In this document: piece after piece, positions 29,301-40,700 of the stretch
Position numbering within the stretch: the first letter of the stretch is position 1
Layout of the letters: every line of letters begins with the position of its first letter
IMG/VR virus record: IMGVR_UViG_3300042691_018174
Source: a virus
Strand: one strand, 5' to 3'
DNA: 64,000 bases
Notes under the pieces: generated by a model
Seen by the model: only the letters and a program-made list of their open reading frames with translations
Told to the model about the DNA's origin: nothing
The model's database searches: none
Made by a program: the position numbers and the translations under genes

Positions 29301-32300
29301 TTGATATTAGTTCCTATCTGTGGCACATACCCTAAATTATAAACAGTAGTTGTTCCATTTGAAATTACTAACAAGTCCTTAAAATCATTAGCAAATGTGT
29401 CCCACCCTTGAGTGAACCAAGGAAGACCATCCCAACCAGAACTTGTACTAAAGTTTAAACCTTGTATTTCCACACCACCAAATTCGACACCTTTTAATAG
29501 TTGTGTTATATCTTTTCCTGGCATTCCAGAAGTTGGTTCGTAACTAGAAATTATCCTATCTACAGCATTTTGTATATTGATATTTTTTGCATACTGTACA
29601 TAAATTCTAGATCCTAATTGAGGTATAGTTTTAAATTGCACATACCCTGCGTACTTAGAAAATCCTACTTTTTCCTGTTTTACGATTATTTTATAATCAC
29701 TAGACGGAACTTCTGATCCAGTATTATTAGAAGTATTGATAAGTTTAATCAATATTTTTTGAGGATCAAGTTCTGGAGGGAAAGTTAATTTAAATGTATC
29801 TAATAAAGAAGTCGTAGTTTGATCGAAGATATCTCGACTATATAGCATATTCTTAATGTACTCAATCCTTAACTGCTGGTTAGCAGCCAATGCCACATTA
29901 AAAATTATTATTGTTGATAGATCCTTTCTAAAAACTATTCTATACGCTTCTTTACCTATTTCTGAACCGTTTAGATAAAGTTTGATAGTATTTTTATCTT
30001 GTAAGGCTGGATAATTTTTATCGTTATCATCAACTGGATATGTTAATACATAACTTAATTTTACCCCGTCAGTGGTAAAAATTTGACTGTACACTTCACC
30101 TGTAAATAATCCCTTTTCAGAAGTTCTATCAAATTTGAATTCAATAGAACTAGTTCTAACATTGCTATTTTTAATTACAGCATAAGCAGATCCTTGAACA
30201 AATCCTTGTTCATAATTTCCCCCGCCAACCAATATTACCGAAGGTGTTTTGTAATAGCCTGTTCCTTTATTTGTAACATCAATTTGAATGAGTTTACCGT
30301 TATTAATTTTTGCTACGGCTGTTGCTCCTGAACCTGAATCACCGACTGCAGGTAATATAGTTACTGAAGGTGGAATTCTATAACTGTTTCCAGGATTACC
30401 GACAAGAATGCTATCTATATGGTAACTGTTATTATCGTACCAATCTTTAAAAGGATAAACATTCTTTAATGCGTCGCTAGAAGGCAAACTAATCTTGCCG
30501 CTGGAATTTACATATGCAGGTAAATCAAAATCTGTTACATTTACATTAACTTCTTCAAAAGAATTTTGTTTTACTGTCACATCTCTAAGTTTAGATTTAA
30601 ATGGTTTGATTTCTTTAATAAAATCTTCTACATATCTAAAATCATTAAATCTGTAAATAGATTTTTGGCTTAGGTCACCTGCATCTATTACTGGTGTAAC
30701 AAAACTAGTTTTGTATACCCAGTCTACAAATAGTTGTTCTGACAACACATATCTAACAGCTGAAAATACAAATTTATTCCAGTAGATAGTTAAATCATTA
30801 ATAAAAATATTGTCTCTAATAGTTTCTAAAATAATTCTAATTTCAATTGTTAAATTTTGATCGTAACCTGTTTGATCAAAATTTAAAATAGAATCATATC
30901 CTGTTCCAGCTAATGTTTTATTATATAATTTTTCACTGAAAAGAATTGTTCCTTTTTCTCTAAAAATTAAATCGTAACCTTGGATGTAATTACCCTCAGT
31001 TTCAGAAGTTTTTCTTAAAATTATTTTTCTACCATCGCCTGTATTTGTAATCTCAATTGTATCGTTAATATTATAAGTGTTCAAACTTAAATCAGTCACA
31101 AATCCAACTGTATATCTAGGTGGTATATCAGAATTAAAATCTTCAGAAACCCAGTCAACATATTGCCAATATTTTGTTACATCATATGTTTGTGTAATTT
31201 TTCTTGTGTATACTCTATCCTCAAGATAATAAATTGCCCATCTATCAATTTCTAAATCAAGATTCACTAGTACTGCAAAAGGACGCACAATAGCTTTAGG
31301 AGTAACTGTATATCCATATCCTTGATTTAAAATTTTAACGCCAATTACCGATCCTGCAATATCAATTACTGTTTCTATTTTTGCGCCGGCACCGTCGCCG
31401 AGAACTGCAACTTCTGGAGCAATTCGATATCCTAAACCAGGATTTAAAATAGTAGCATTTACTATTCTGCCATTTGTCACAGATAATTCAATGTCTGCCT
31501 TGATTTTATTATTAGTTCCAATTTCCGACAATTCGTCACTGGTATCTATAATAGTGTCATATTTTCCGTATTTTTCTAATGGCGGTAATTCGGCTTTTTC
31601 TAATCTAGAAATATCTGATTTACCAACAATATCATTTTGTCTTAATACGTTATTAACGAACGTTATCATTGTTTGTAAGGCAGCATCTCTATTCTTGAAC
31701 CAGGACTGTCTAGGCTTATTAAGAGTACCGTACTTTAATTTAGGTGATAAAGTTGGGTCTGGAACTAAATTTCCAGCAGCATCTTGACCAACTAAACTAT
31801 CAATTAACTTGTTTTCTAGAGATGAATCTAATCTAACATTAATATTGTTTTCATTGACTAATTGCCAATGACTATGTCTACTAATTTGATCGTCAACCTC
31901 TGAATAATATATATCAATGTTAATTTTATCTGAATCTAAATCTTGTTTAGTGTTGGTCAAACTTATACTTGAATCACTTAAGAAATTTGCATACTTAATG
32001 CCTTGGGTTTTTGGATCTTCGATAATCCTAGCGCACTCATAAGAGCTTAACCTTCTAAAATCTAATTCTGGAAGTGTAATTTTATTTTTAACCCAGAAAT
32101 AATAAACATTAACAAAATCATTAATTACAGGATCAAAATATTGATTTATTGATAATACAGTGTTATCAGGAAATCTAGGTTGCCCGGAAATTCCTTTAGA
32201 TAGTCCTTCCGCAGTGTCGGCTAACTCAGACCAATCACTTGGTCTAAAATCACTCTTTACCCATTCATATACATCAATTGTAGATCCTGGAAATAATTTA

Positions 32301-35300
32301 CCCCAGTTATTGCTTCTGTACTCAACCGATCCTTGTTCATACCAATAGTATCTCAGAACACTTGTATCAAACCACAACTCGCCAACATGATCTTCTGCCC
32401 ATGTAGTTTTATTATCAACTCTTTCTTTAATACCAGGATTTAACGCAACTGTATATATTGCAGGATCAAAAGGAGAAATATACTTGATTTCTCTTAATAC
32501 ATCTAATGGCAGCTTTCCTTTTACTGGGTCAAAGATTTCATAGTTTTCTACTATCTCTAAAGTTTCTTTATTATAAGAAAAAACTTTTTTAATTTTTTCT
32601 ACATCAACTAATGGTGTATTCTGATATCTAACTTTAGTCCAAGACCAAGAACTTCCGCAACCGCAATCATCTGATTTTTTATCAAATATAACAACATTAC
32701 CTGAATCAGTATAAGTCTGACCTAACTCTTTTAAATCAAACTTGGGAGAACCCACTACACAGAATGTTCCATCTGTAGCAATTCCTGATCCATAATTGTC
32801 AGCTGTTCCAGATTCTTTACTCACCAATAATTCACCAAAAGTAAATTTATTTCCTAACCTTTGGAATAGATAAACTGCTCCGGTGTCTCTTGGACTATTA
32901 ATGAATCGAGTACTATTATTATCAAATGTTGTTCTTGTGTTTCTTATTGAAGAATTAGGATTTAATACATATTCTGAACCATAAATTTCTACTGAATTCA
33001 CATACCTTTCAGTGTACGTATCAAAATACATAGGAGTATCTTGTTCACCGCCTTCTGCTGATACCAATAACGTGTCGCCATCTGAACTCAATTTAACTTT
33101 TCCACCAAAAAGTTCTCCTGGTTGTTCTTTAGGGGAATTAATCTTCTGTGATAGAATATATTGTCCGGCATTATTTTTTTCTAACACATATATCATTCCT
33201 GCATCTAATTTATTTTCTGAAGAATGATCACTAGAGACAACAATCGTAGTTCCGTTTCCAGAAATTGCAAGGCTATCACCAAATCTATCGCTTCTAGCAG
33301 TTCCTAGTCCTGTAATAGTAATATTGTTTAATACATTTTCATTATCAATAATAACAGAACTAGAAAATACAATAGATTCAGCAGATAAATCTGATATTAT
33401 ATAATCTCCGTTATTTTGCTGGGATCCTTGTATCGATATAGTTTGGCCAATTCTAAAACCATCTCTAATAAAATTTCCCACGTTTCTTGTTAAAGAATTT
33501 AATGTGTTATTGAATACTAATGTAACTTCATCTGTATCATATGTAACTACAGATCCTTTTAATAGTAAATCTCCTTCTGAAATAAAATCATCAGCATATA
33601 ATTTTTGTACTAAATTAAATCTTAGATTTACGGGATCTTTTCTAAAAATAAACACTGCACCAGCATGTGCTTGTGTTCTATCTTTCAGATATTCCGGTGC
33701 TGCGACTATCAAAGTATTTCCATCATCTGATAAATCTATTTCCCAACCAAAATAACTATTAACGCCTAATTCAGGAACTTCAGATGCAATGTTATAAGGC
33801 AAGCCATTCTTTAATTCTACTTTCCACGTATTATTATTGTCTAAATAAAATACAAATATTGCACCTAAATTTTGATTTTGTCCTGGGGCTGCTACCAATA
33901 AAAACGGCTTAGTAGTTCCTGCTAATTTAACTGAATAACCAAAAAATGCATTCGCTTGTGGGCTTGGACTAGATAGTACTACATCAACATAATAATATTG
34001 ATCCACAGAGTCAAACTTCATTATTTTTATAGCACCTTCATCAAATAAACTAGTAGCTGTAAAATTAAAGTTTAATACTCTTTCAAATGGCTGAGTTCCT
34101 AGTTGGCTATTGATAGACTTAGCATTTGAACTATTAGGAGCTCCTGATACAATGTATCTAGTATCTAAATCATCTGATTCCCAAATAGTCAAGCTCTTTC
34201 CATGATTTCTAGGATGCTCGGAAATAGCAACACCATTTTTAAGTGTTTGTATGGTTAATATATCACTGACATTTTCCTCTAATAGGAAACTTTGTTTTAA
34301 TTGTATGTCTTTTGGTTCAAAAACTTGTCTTTCATAGATGTATACACGCCCCTTCTGCAATGTTGTCGCAGAAACTAAAATATTTTTAGATTTTGGAGCA
34401 ACTAAAACTTCTTGGCCGAATGATTGATTAGCTTGTTCAGAATAAGGTCGTAGGTAAGTTGGAATAGTGACTAATTCTTTTTGTAGCACTGCCCAATTAC
34501 CAGTTCCGTCATCGTCAACCCATACTCTTTCACAATCTTGCCACCTAGCAAGACCTTTAATATTAGAAATATCATCAAAAGATTTTAATCGTACATTGTC
34601 AAAATAATATATTAGACCATTTAACAGACCTTCTGGTTCTAATACATCGTTAGCAGTAGTAGAAACCACAAAGGATGTTGGGCTAGAAATTCCAATGACT
34701 TCGAAAATTCCATCTAAACTAATACCGACTTGTCTAATTGCAATGAAATCTCTTAATGACAGGTTATGTGCGATGTCAGTAATGTACTCTATTAAATTAT
34801 TTTCCACATCTCCTACATAGTTAATAATCCTAGCAGTAGACAACGTGTACCTTTTGACTCCCCAGTCCCCTATCTTGTTCATGGCGATCCATACAGTGTC
34901 CCCTTCTTTAATAGAAGATACAGAAGTTAGTGATAATAAATTGTCTTCTTTAAATGCTGTAAATGTAACATCGTCAACTCTAACATAACCAGCTGTTGGT
35001 ATTTTTTGATACTGTTGATAATTATTTCCAGATTGAATAGATGTGTCTAAAGTTGGCCAGGGAGAACCATCAAAGAAATCAGGCTTAACTAAGATATTTT
35101 CTATAGTAATCTTATATGAATCATCGTATGTTGGTTCAACAGCACCGTAATCAAATTCAAATATTTGAGGGTTCTGTTTAAACTTATTTTGATCTAACGT
35201 GAATTCTACTTCTTTATAAGAATTTTCCCCACCAAAATTCCCTACTCTGAACGCCCATTCTTCTTGTAATTCAATATGAGATCCTAAATTCAAATTACTT

Positions 35301-38300
35301 GAAACACTGAGTTTTTCTAATGGTAGAATGGTTCCTTTTTCTCTAATATAACCTTGATAAAATTTATATTGACTATTTTCATCTGAAATCAGTGCATTTA
35401 AATAAGTTCTAGGCGTATATCCGATTAATTTTTGTGCTAGTTTTTGTTGCGCTGAATCAAAATTTAAGGAATCTAAACTGTAAAAGTCTTCAAACTGAGA
35501 AATTTTATATTCAAAGTTAGGAAGAATTTGTGCAATTGGTTCTTTGCCTAATTGTACCCAATTTTCATAATTAAACGAACTTGATGGTAACAATTTAGTT
35601 TTAGCTTGATAAAAATTAGTTTGATATTTTACTACATCGCCAATAGAATAGTCGATATCAGGTTGCCAATAATCAATATTCGCAGGATCATATATAAATC
35701 CTGGAACATAATAATCACCTTCCCACCCATCTGTTATAATGCCAGTTATCTTAAATCTAAGTTGTTTATATCCTGATATTGGTTCATAAATTAAATCATT
35801 AAAAAATGTCTTGTTATCAAAAACAACAATATTTTCTTTTTGTACTAATGTTAGTTTGACAAAATATACGCCGTCATTTGGAATGTCAGCTGTGTCAATT
35901 TTAAATTCTCCACCATTTCTTACAACATTAATTTTGCTTCTATCAATTAATGTTCCGTCAGATTTTAGTAGAGTATAATCATAAAAATCTTCCTGTATAT
36001 CTTGTACAACTGCATCAGGACTTATAAATTTAACTTTTGCTGCAAAGGGAGCGACACTGATAATATTAGAATTAGTCCAATTTTGGGATGCCCAGAATAA
36101 GAACTCTTTGCCAGACAGCATCCAATTAGCAGTGACTTCCAACTCATTTAATAATTCATCGAAAACAAATCCCTGCACTTCTAACCATTTCCCGTAACTT
36201 AAGATAAAATTAAATGTGTCCTGAACACTTTTAAAATATGTACCGTAAGGAATTAATATTTCAGTCTCTTCAAAATTAGCTGGTACTCTAGCCTCAATAC
36301 CTCCAATTTTTGGCAAGTACGGTAGAGGATAATATAAATTTTCATCAAAGGTAGTACTTGTTTTATGATCTGCTTTAGACCTATAAAAAGAAGTCCCAAG
36401 AGCTACTACTGTGCCGCCTGATATATTACTATTATCTGACCAAGTGATATAAGATTCGCTGGTAGCCCCAACACTTATCACGGTATCTCCAGGAGACTCT
36501 ATAGCGTTAAAAATTTTAAAATATGGTTTTAAACTATCATAACCTCGAACCTTAAATCCTTCTGGAGTTTTTTCAATGATTATTCCAGACATTGATAATG
36601 TTTTAATTGGTGAGCTTACGTTTAGATCTAGTTTATAATTTTCAAATGGAATATAGATTTGATTTACAGTTTTATTACTAGATACTGTTTCTAAAGCTAT
36701 TTTAAATTTTTCTTTAGATGAAAATCCGCCAACTTTGTAAAGTAAATTAACAGAAATATTGTTAATAAACTTTTTAAAGGTTGTTGCAGATTCCTGTGAC
36801 TTTGTTTTATTATATTCTACAATATACGGAGAATAACCAGTAGACAATACTATCGATCCATTTTCTTTAGTGGAAAATATTTTTAAATCTTTTGGCGAAA
36901 CTCTTAAATTTGTTTCGCTATAAACTAACTGATTAGCAATATTAAATTTGTTTCTATACGTATCAAAATTCAATGTAGCGTATTTGGCAGGCTTACTTAA
37001 AAATGCTACCATTTGCAATGCGAAAGGATAGAAAGAACTTCTTCTCCATGAATTTTCAGCAGGCCCTATATCACCAAAATCCCAATCTCTGTATTTTTTA
37101 TTTTGATCATATTCTTGTATAATACCAATAACTAATGGATCTCTTAAATCACCATAATCGTCAACTGGTAGAATATTTTTTAATCCTGGCCTAGTATAAA
37201 TCTCATGAAAACCTTGCCTATTTCCTAATCTAACAAACCCTTTTTCTAAATCGTCCCAAAGAATTTTGTTACCAGAAGTATAAGGAGCCGCTCCGTATTC
37301 TGAATCCCACCATTGAGGCTTTTCATTAAATCCCAACATCTCCCATGGTGATGTGTGAGGTCTATCAGTATCATAATAGAACTTAAAAATTTTCCTCCAA
37401 GACCCATTTAACACGATATTAGATGCTAAATTTCCAAATCCATTTGTAAAATTATAAGCGAAAGAACTTGTATAATATTGATTATTATTAGGTTTATAAT
37501 CGACACCGTAAGTACCAGTCCATCTCAAAAATTCTTCTTCCAAGATACTCTGGAATCTTTTGACATCCCCTTTATTATTTCTAAAAACTCCTGGCACTAC
37601 TTCATTGATATCAAAAAATCTTGGATCATACTTAACTTTGATGTTATTAAAAATTCTCTTTTCAATTTCTAACATAAACAAATCTCTATCATCACCGTAG
37701 GCAATTGATATTGATCCATCATGTCCTTGTAAAACTGTCTGAGTTTCTATATAAGTGTCATCTTCAAATATTTTGGGTTCAAAAACTGGGTATAGACCTA
37801 ACTTAGTTGGTGTAAATGGTACACAAGCTCCGTAAACATTATTAAAAAATACTATTTTTATATTATCATTCAATGATAAAGATTTAACAAATGTTACTAA
37901 CGAATTAGTATCATCTAATACATAATCATAATCAATTGTTTGCAAAATATTGTTTAGATACACTGAAATAGCTGTTTTACCTAATGCATTCCTATTATAC
38001 ACATTAGAAGAAACATAAGCATATGCCTTTCTATTCACATTTTGCACTTGATATGTAAACGCACGACTATCATACCCGTATGGTATCATATCACTATAAT
38101 AGAATATGTCAGTAACTGTTTTATCCTTAGCAATATCTGATAATACTGTATCAACTGCTTCGGATACTGATGTATAGCTACTAAGCTCAGTAAATTTCTG
38201 TAAAAGTTTTACTTTAAATTTTTGATATTCTACTGCTGACCAACGGAGTGCATTGATTAAATTAAAATCTTTATCAGTAATTAATGCACCAGCTAAACTA

Positions 38301-40690
38301 ACTAAACCCTCGTGCTGTACAAATCTTCTTCCATATTTTTTCAAGTCACCTTTGTCTCGTAAATTGCTTGATGTGATGACTTCATTAATGCCTTTAGATG
38401 CATTTAACAAAATAGAATTTAAATGGTCGTTAATCTCAGCATAGGTCATATTCTGAGGATATTCATTTAATGGATTATTAGTTAAATTTATAGGGGCTTC
38501 ATAATACCCTTTATCTTTTTTGTCATATACTGGCAAAGCTCTAACTACAACAACGTCATTTTCTGCTAAGTTAAAATTAAAATTTAAAAATAATGCATCA
38601 AAAGCCACATCAGAAGATAAATCAAAAGAATTTTTGTCTAATTCTTCACCGTTTATGAAAACTCTAATTGTTGCTTTAGATGTTTGGACGTTAAGTGAAT
38701 CCAGTTCAACAGAACTCTCACCACCAATAGCAATTTTTTGTTCAATTATTTCTTGAATAGAGTTAGAATCACATTTTTCCCAAGAATTTACGTATCTCAA
38801 TGTATCATCATTGATTCTTAAAAATCCATTTTTTGAATTAAGATTTAGTTTTACATTATTTGAAAAATAATTCCACTCACCTATCGATAAAAAATTCGTA
38901 AACTGATATCCGCCTACATTAGACACGTTGCCGTATCTTATAGGAAATCCTAATACAGGATCATCAACGCCAGTACCTGTTTGATATCCAAATATTGGTG
39001 TCCCGTAAAAATCACTACCGAAATACTCTGAAAACCCAACACCTGTTTCATCATATAGTTCAAATAAAGGGGTTTGATTTACTTTGGTTTTTATTTGTGC
39101 CTTAACCCATTGGCTATTTTTATAAACCCAAGAAGTTCTTCCGTTTTTTGTGCCACGTAAAACTAAAAGACCTTGTTCATCTGATGGGAATGAATCATCT
39201 GTTTGTTTTAAATGAATTTTTCTAATACCTTCAATATCTAAAAATTCAACTTCGTAAACATTATTTTTAACATCTGGATCTTTTTCATTTAAAAAAACAA
39301 TTCTATTACCGTGTTCTAATGATTGTCCATCAATGTAAAATCCTAATGATCCTTCAATTTTACTATACGCATCATCAATGGTTTCATCTAAAAAGTCTAC
39401 ATATTTTTTAGATGTAGATGCAAAATTATATAACTGTAAATTTTTTTCAAATTCTATAATAGGTCTTTTAGCTCTTAGATTTTCATCAAATAACGGTTCA
39501 ATATTATTGTATTCTGCAGACGCATTAATTACATCTATATGAAACCATCTATTATAGCGACTCCATGGATTTTTATCTTTGCTTGCTCGATTAATTACAA
39601 TATAATCAGGTGTTTCTGGATACATTGTAACTTCATCAAAAGGCAATTCATCAAAAGATTCTAAATCAAACGAAGTTTCAACTTTACTAGAATATCCTTC
39701 AACAGTAACTAATTCCTCATAATCTATTAGTTCAATTGCTTGTCCCACACCTTCAACAATAAAAGTTTTATTTCTATAATATTCAGGAACAACATTATCA
39801 GAAAAAGATACTGTCATTCCATTACTAAGACTAAATCCTTCTTTGATTTGATAAGTTTTTTTAGTTAAAATATCTTTTTCAACATCTAATTCAGTATTTT
39901 CTACCTGATCTCTTATTAAGAATTTTCCAAATATTGTTGAATCTGTTCCATCAACATAAAACAAAGAACTAGGTGTATCTTCTAAAACTTCAAATATAAC
40001 TTTGCCAGATGTCGCACCATTGTTAGTAACTCCAGCTGATTGATCTAACGATCCGCTAGTCCGTGAGTTTTTAATATAAAATTCACTAGTTAAGGTATCA
40101 ACTTCAAAAACATAAGTAAACCCTCTATATAAAGTTAGTGTAGGATTTACTGCGATTTCATTATTACTAAATTTCCATACCTTATCACCATTTTCTTCAG
40201 ATATAGAAACAGAGATAGTACTAACAATATTTTTTTCTCTTCCCGTAATTAAAACAGTCTGTGGTCCGCTAGGTACCCAAACATAACTTCTATAGTTTAC
40301 AAACTTATCAAGATCAATATGCGGATTCCAAGTATAACTCTGCTGTTTAAATAATCTATCTTGATTTTTGATATCTGAACCGAATAAAGAAAGACTATTC
40401 AAAATATCTTCATAAGATTTACTGAATTCTACTTTATCTGTAATAGGATTTCTTATAACAATTCCTGGCTCTAACTCATAAACATCTCGCAAAGAATTTG
40501 ATGAAACGTTGCTTAGATATGAATCAACAGATGGATCAAAAGTTTTTAATATTTTGCTGCCAACATATCCGTCAATCTTTTTTAAATTAGGCTTTTGTAT
40601 TAATTGGTCAACAGTCCCTGATAAAAACTTTTCGTTCGCATCAGTCCTAAAGATTACTGGAAGTAATTCAATTGATTTTCTTTTACTCAT
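26387..40690 (-). CDS. giant (4767 aa) baseplate wedge/structural protein, gp7 position
   Basis: Follows gp6-like gene; FG-GAP-like repeats, W..Y..GD.V.Y CBM5/12-like repeats, G.GY...P.V repeats. Confidence 0.75.
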   Translation of the reverse strand: MSKRKSIELLPVIFRTDANEKFLSGTVDQLIQKPNLKKIDGYVGSKILKTFDPSVDSYLSNVSSNSLRDVYELEPGIVIRNPITDKVEFSKSYEDILNSLSLFGSDIKNQDRLFKQQSYTWNPHIDLDKFVNYRSYVWVPSGPQTVLITGREKNIVSTISVSISEENGDKVWKFSNNEIAVNPTLTLYRGFTYVFEVDTLTSEFYIKNSRTSGSLDQSAGVTNNGATSGKVIFEVLEDTPSSLFYVDGTDSTIFGKFLIRDQVENTELDVEKDILTKKTYQIKEGFSLSNGMTVSFSDNVVPEYYRNKTFIVEGVGQAIELIDYEELVTVEGYSSKVETSFDLESFDELPFDEVTMYPETPDYIVINRASKDKNPWSRYNRWFHIDVINASAEYNNIEPLFDENLRAKRPIIEFEKNLQLYNFASTSKKYVDFLDETIDDAYSKIEGSLGFYIDGQSLEHGNRIVFLNEKDPDVKNNVYEVEFLDIEGIRKIHLKQTDDSFPSDEQGLLVLRGTKNGRTSWVYKNSQWVKAQIKTKVNQTPLFELYDETGVGFSEYFGSDFYGTPIFGYQTGTGVDDPVLGFPIRYGNVSNVGGYQFTNFLSIGEWNYFSNNVKLNLNSKNGFLRINDDTLRYVNSWEKCDSNSIQEIIEQKIAIGGESSVELDSLNVQTSKATIRVFINGEELDKNSFDLSSDVAFDALFLNFNFNLAENDVVVVRALPVYDKKDKGYYEAPINLTNNPLNEYPQNMTYAEINDHLNSILLNASKGINEVITSSNLRDKGDLKKYGRRFVQHEGLVSLAGALITDKDFNLINALRWSAVEYQKFKVKLLQKFTELSSYTSVSEAVDTVLSDIAKDKTVTDIFYYSDMIPYGYDSRAFTYQVQNVNRKAYAYVSSNVYNRNALGKTAISVYLNNILQTIDYDYVLDDTNSLVTFVKSLSLNDNIKIVFFNNVYGACVPFTPTKLGLYPVFEPKIFEDDTYIETQTVLQGHDGSISIAYGDDRDLFMLEIEKRIFNNIKVKYDPRFFDINEVVPGVFRNNKGDVKRFQSILEEEFLRWTGTYGVDYKPNNNQYYTSSFAYNFTNGFGNLASNIVLNGSWRKIFKFYYDTDRPHTSPWEMLGFNEKPQWWDSEYGAAPYTSGNKILWDDLEKGFVRLGNRQGFHEIYTRPGLKNILPVDDYGDLRDPLVIGIIQEYDQNKKYRDWDFGDIGPAENSWRRSSFYPFALQMVAFLSKPAKYATLNFDTYRNKFNIANQLVYSETNLRVSPKDLKIFSTKENGSIVLSTGYSPYIVEYNKTKSQESATTFKKFINNISVNLLYKVGGFSSKEKFKIALETVSSNKTVNQIYIPFENYKLDLNVSSPIKTLSMSGIIIEKTPEGFKVRGYDSLKPYFKIFNAIESPGDTVISVGATSESYITWSDNSNISGGTVVALGTSFYRSKADHKTSTTFDENLYYPLPYLPKIGGIEARVPANFEETEILIPYGTYFKSVQDTFNFILSYGKWLEVQGFVFDELLNELEVTANWMLSGKEFLFWASQNWTNSNIISVAPFAAKVKFISPDAVVQDIQEDFYDYTLLKSDGTLIDRSKINVVRNGGEFKIDTADIPNDGVYFVKLTLVQKENIVVFDNKTFFNDLIYEPISGYKQLRFKITGIITDGWEGDYYVPGFIYDPANIDYWQPDIDYSIGDVVKYQTNFYQAKTKLLPSSSFNYENWVQLGKEPIAQILPNFEYKISQFEDFYSLDSLNFDSAQQKLAQKLIGYTPRTYLNALISDENSQYKFYQGYIREKGTILPLEKLSVSSNLNLGSHIELQEEWAFRVGNFGGENSYKEVEFTLDQNKFKQNPQIFEFDYGAVEPTYDDSYKITIENILVKPDFFDGSPWPTLDTSIQSGNNYQQYQKIPTAGYVRVDDVTFTAFKEDNLLSLTSVSSIKEGDTVWIAMNKIGDWGVKRYTLSTARIINYVGDVENNLIEYITDIAHNLSLRDFIAIRQVGISLDGIFEVIGISSPTSFVVSTTANDVLEPEGLLNGLIYYFDNVRLKSFDDISNIKGLARWQDCERVWVDDDGTGNWAVLQKELVTIPTYLRPYSEQANQSFGQEVLVAPKSKNILVSATTLQKGRVYIYERQVFEPKDIQLKQSFLLEENVSDILTIQTLKNGVAISEHPRNHGKSLTIWESDDLDTRYIVSGAPNSSNAKSINSQLGTQPFERVLNFNFTATSLFDEGAIKIMKFDSVDQYYYVDVVLSSPSPQANAFFGYSVKLAGTTKPFLLVAAPGQNQNLGAIFVFYLDNNNTWKVELKNGLPYNIASEVPELGVNSYFGWEIDLSDDGNTLIVAAPEYLKDRTQAHAGAVFIFRKDPVNLRFNLVQKLYADDFISEGDLLLKGSVVTYDTDEVTLVFNNTLNSLTRNVGNFIRDGFRIGQTISIQGSQQNNGDYIISDLSAESIVFSSSVIIDNENVLNNITITGLGTARSDRFGDSLAISGNGTTIVVSSDHSSENKLDAGMIYVLEKNNAGQYILSQKINSPKEQPGELFGGKVKLSSDGDTLLVSAEGGEQDTPMYFDTYTERYVNSVEIYGSEYVLNPNSSIRNTRTTFDNNSTRFINSPRDTGAVYLFQRLGNKFTFGELLVSKESGTADNYGSGIATDGTFCVVGSPKFDLKELGQTYTDSGNVVIFDKKSDDCGCGSSWSWTKVRYQNTPLVDVEKIKKVFSYNKETLEIVENYEIFDPVKGKLPLDVLREIKYISPFDPAIYTVALNPGIKERVDNKTTWAEDHVGELWFDTSVLRYYWYEQGSVEYRSNNWGKLFPGSTIDVYEWVKSDFRPSDWSELADTAEGLSKGISGQPRFPDNTVLSINQYFDPVINDFVNVYYFWVKNKITLPELDFRRLSSYECARIIEDPKTQGIKYANFLSDSSISLTNTKQDLDSDKINIDIYYSEVDDQISRHSHWQLVNENNINVRLDSSLENKLIDSLVGQDAAGNLVPDPTLSPKLKYGTLNKPRQSWFKNRDAALQTMITFVNNVLRQNDIVGKSDISRLEKAELPPLEKYGKYDTIIDTSDELSEIGTNNKIKADIELSVTNGRIVNATILNPGLGYRIAPEVAVLGDGAGAKIETVIDIAGSVIGVKILNQGYGYTVTPKAIVRPFAVLVNLDLEIDRWAIYYLEDRVYTRKITQTYDVTKYWQYVDWVSEDFNSDIPPRYTVGFVTDLSLNTYNINDTIEITNTGDGRKIILRKTSETEGNYIQGYDLIFREKGTILFSEKLYNKTLAGTGYDSILNFDQTGYDQNLTIEIRIILETIRDNIFINDLTIYWNKFVFSAVRYVLSEQLFVDWVYKTSFVTPVIDAGDLSQKSIYRFNDFRYVEDFIKEIKPFKSKLRDVTVKQNSFEEVNVNVTDFDLPAYVNSSGKISLPSSDALKNVYPFKDWYDNNSYHIDSILVGNPGNSYRIPPSVTILPAVGDSGSGATAVAKINNGKLIQIDVTNKGTGYYKTPSVILVGGGNYEQGFVQGSAYAVIKNSNVRTSSIEFKFDRTSEKGLFTGEVYSQIFTTDGVKLSYVLTYPVDDNDKNYPALQDKNTIKLYLNGSEIGKEAYRIVFRKDLSTIIIFNVALAANQQLRIEYIKNMLYSRDIFDQTTTSLLDTFKLTFPPELDPQKILIKLINTSNNTGSEVPSSDYKIIVKQEKVGFSKYAGYVQFKTIPQLGSRIYVQYAKNINIQNAVDRIISSYEPTSGMPGKDITQLLKGVEFGGVEIQGLNFSTSSGWDGLPWFTQGWDTFANDFKDLLVISNGTTTVYNLGYVPQIGTNINVYFNGVRVDDENFGTAQQKNKNALFATIIANGADETITLPQVPAAGIKIEIRQSISDGVNLPTDDFVLDTNISGGDFTFVNDAGEIKFKTANGLKADDITIDGGQFLSVEHSPAPEELVRGEIFDTVAISVFNSPSTGSNKIETYQFQYDGSTNQFEIEGLIESEDSISVYVNNFVLSKEDYSSSIDAKNTVVTLLTSEYGLVNASINNRLPVTIQKTSIGGEGLLQKISYIVSLDDYQSDSFVIDTAVNYDDIGSFYISNTTVNSSLIKASGRSKRAKILINHQTQKLPQGTLVTIILFDSIFKTYSEIFNQEIVIDGSGSYALTRPPGNIEPLHNMAIVTRLTPSTVNWKGNWEENTSYLVNDSVFYGNKSYECIVPHISIQSITNLNFPMWQDAEQYTINDIVSFENQIYICINNHTSNLNTINPTNVTYWKLHVSNRPDEDVANGYWVEIPKQRLSPPETEYYEITENNQVFSLGKNVPYVSRSLTSFDIEVYRNGSKMVVGQDYEFNFVTNEITISNNRALIGDVIAICVIKSADYLIRNGQIIFNAISNPELNQKIIVTTYTNHDENLMRREVFKGYAIRNEYRLSRPVYSINNLWIDLNGKPLLPNIDYTVIDQNYFKISKTFEITNDDRIVATSISDIVSGPPIAYRIFKDMTNNIQYKRLSKKSSTSLSKGLSPLDREIEVEDPSIFEDVAKNSRRPGVIYIGGERIEYRSKNGNLLGNLTRGTKGTGVAEIYLSGTKIFNFAQSETIPYREGFITQKFKTPEGARYNPELNRYEIYTSNTYNPVTNLAVYELKDFKFNDAVPYENQVTVYLAGKILQKPLTSDNPIIRHDFNITLFSNEVNSAGQTGDIEITPDFIIEKVNNQYLLKIKNDAFERMPNYEIVPNLEIKVIQKLGKIWYTLDGQDSMQQEETSQAKFLREFFAELPDKYYYATGENVGKSYLRDENGVLLRDENGDTLEQD

Positions 40691-40700
40691 TTGTTATCCA

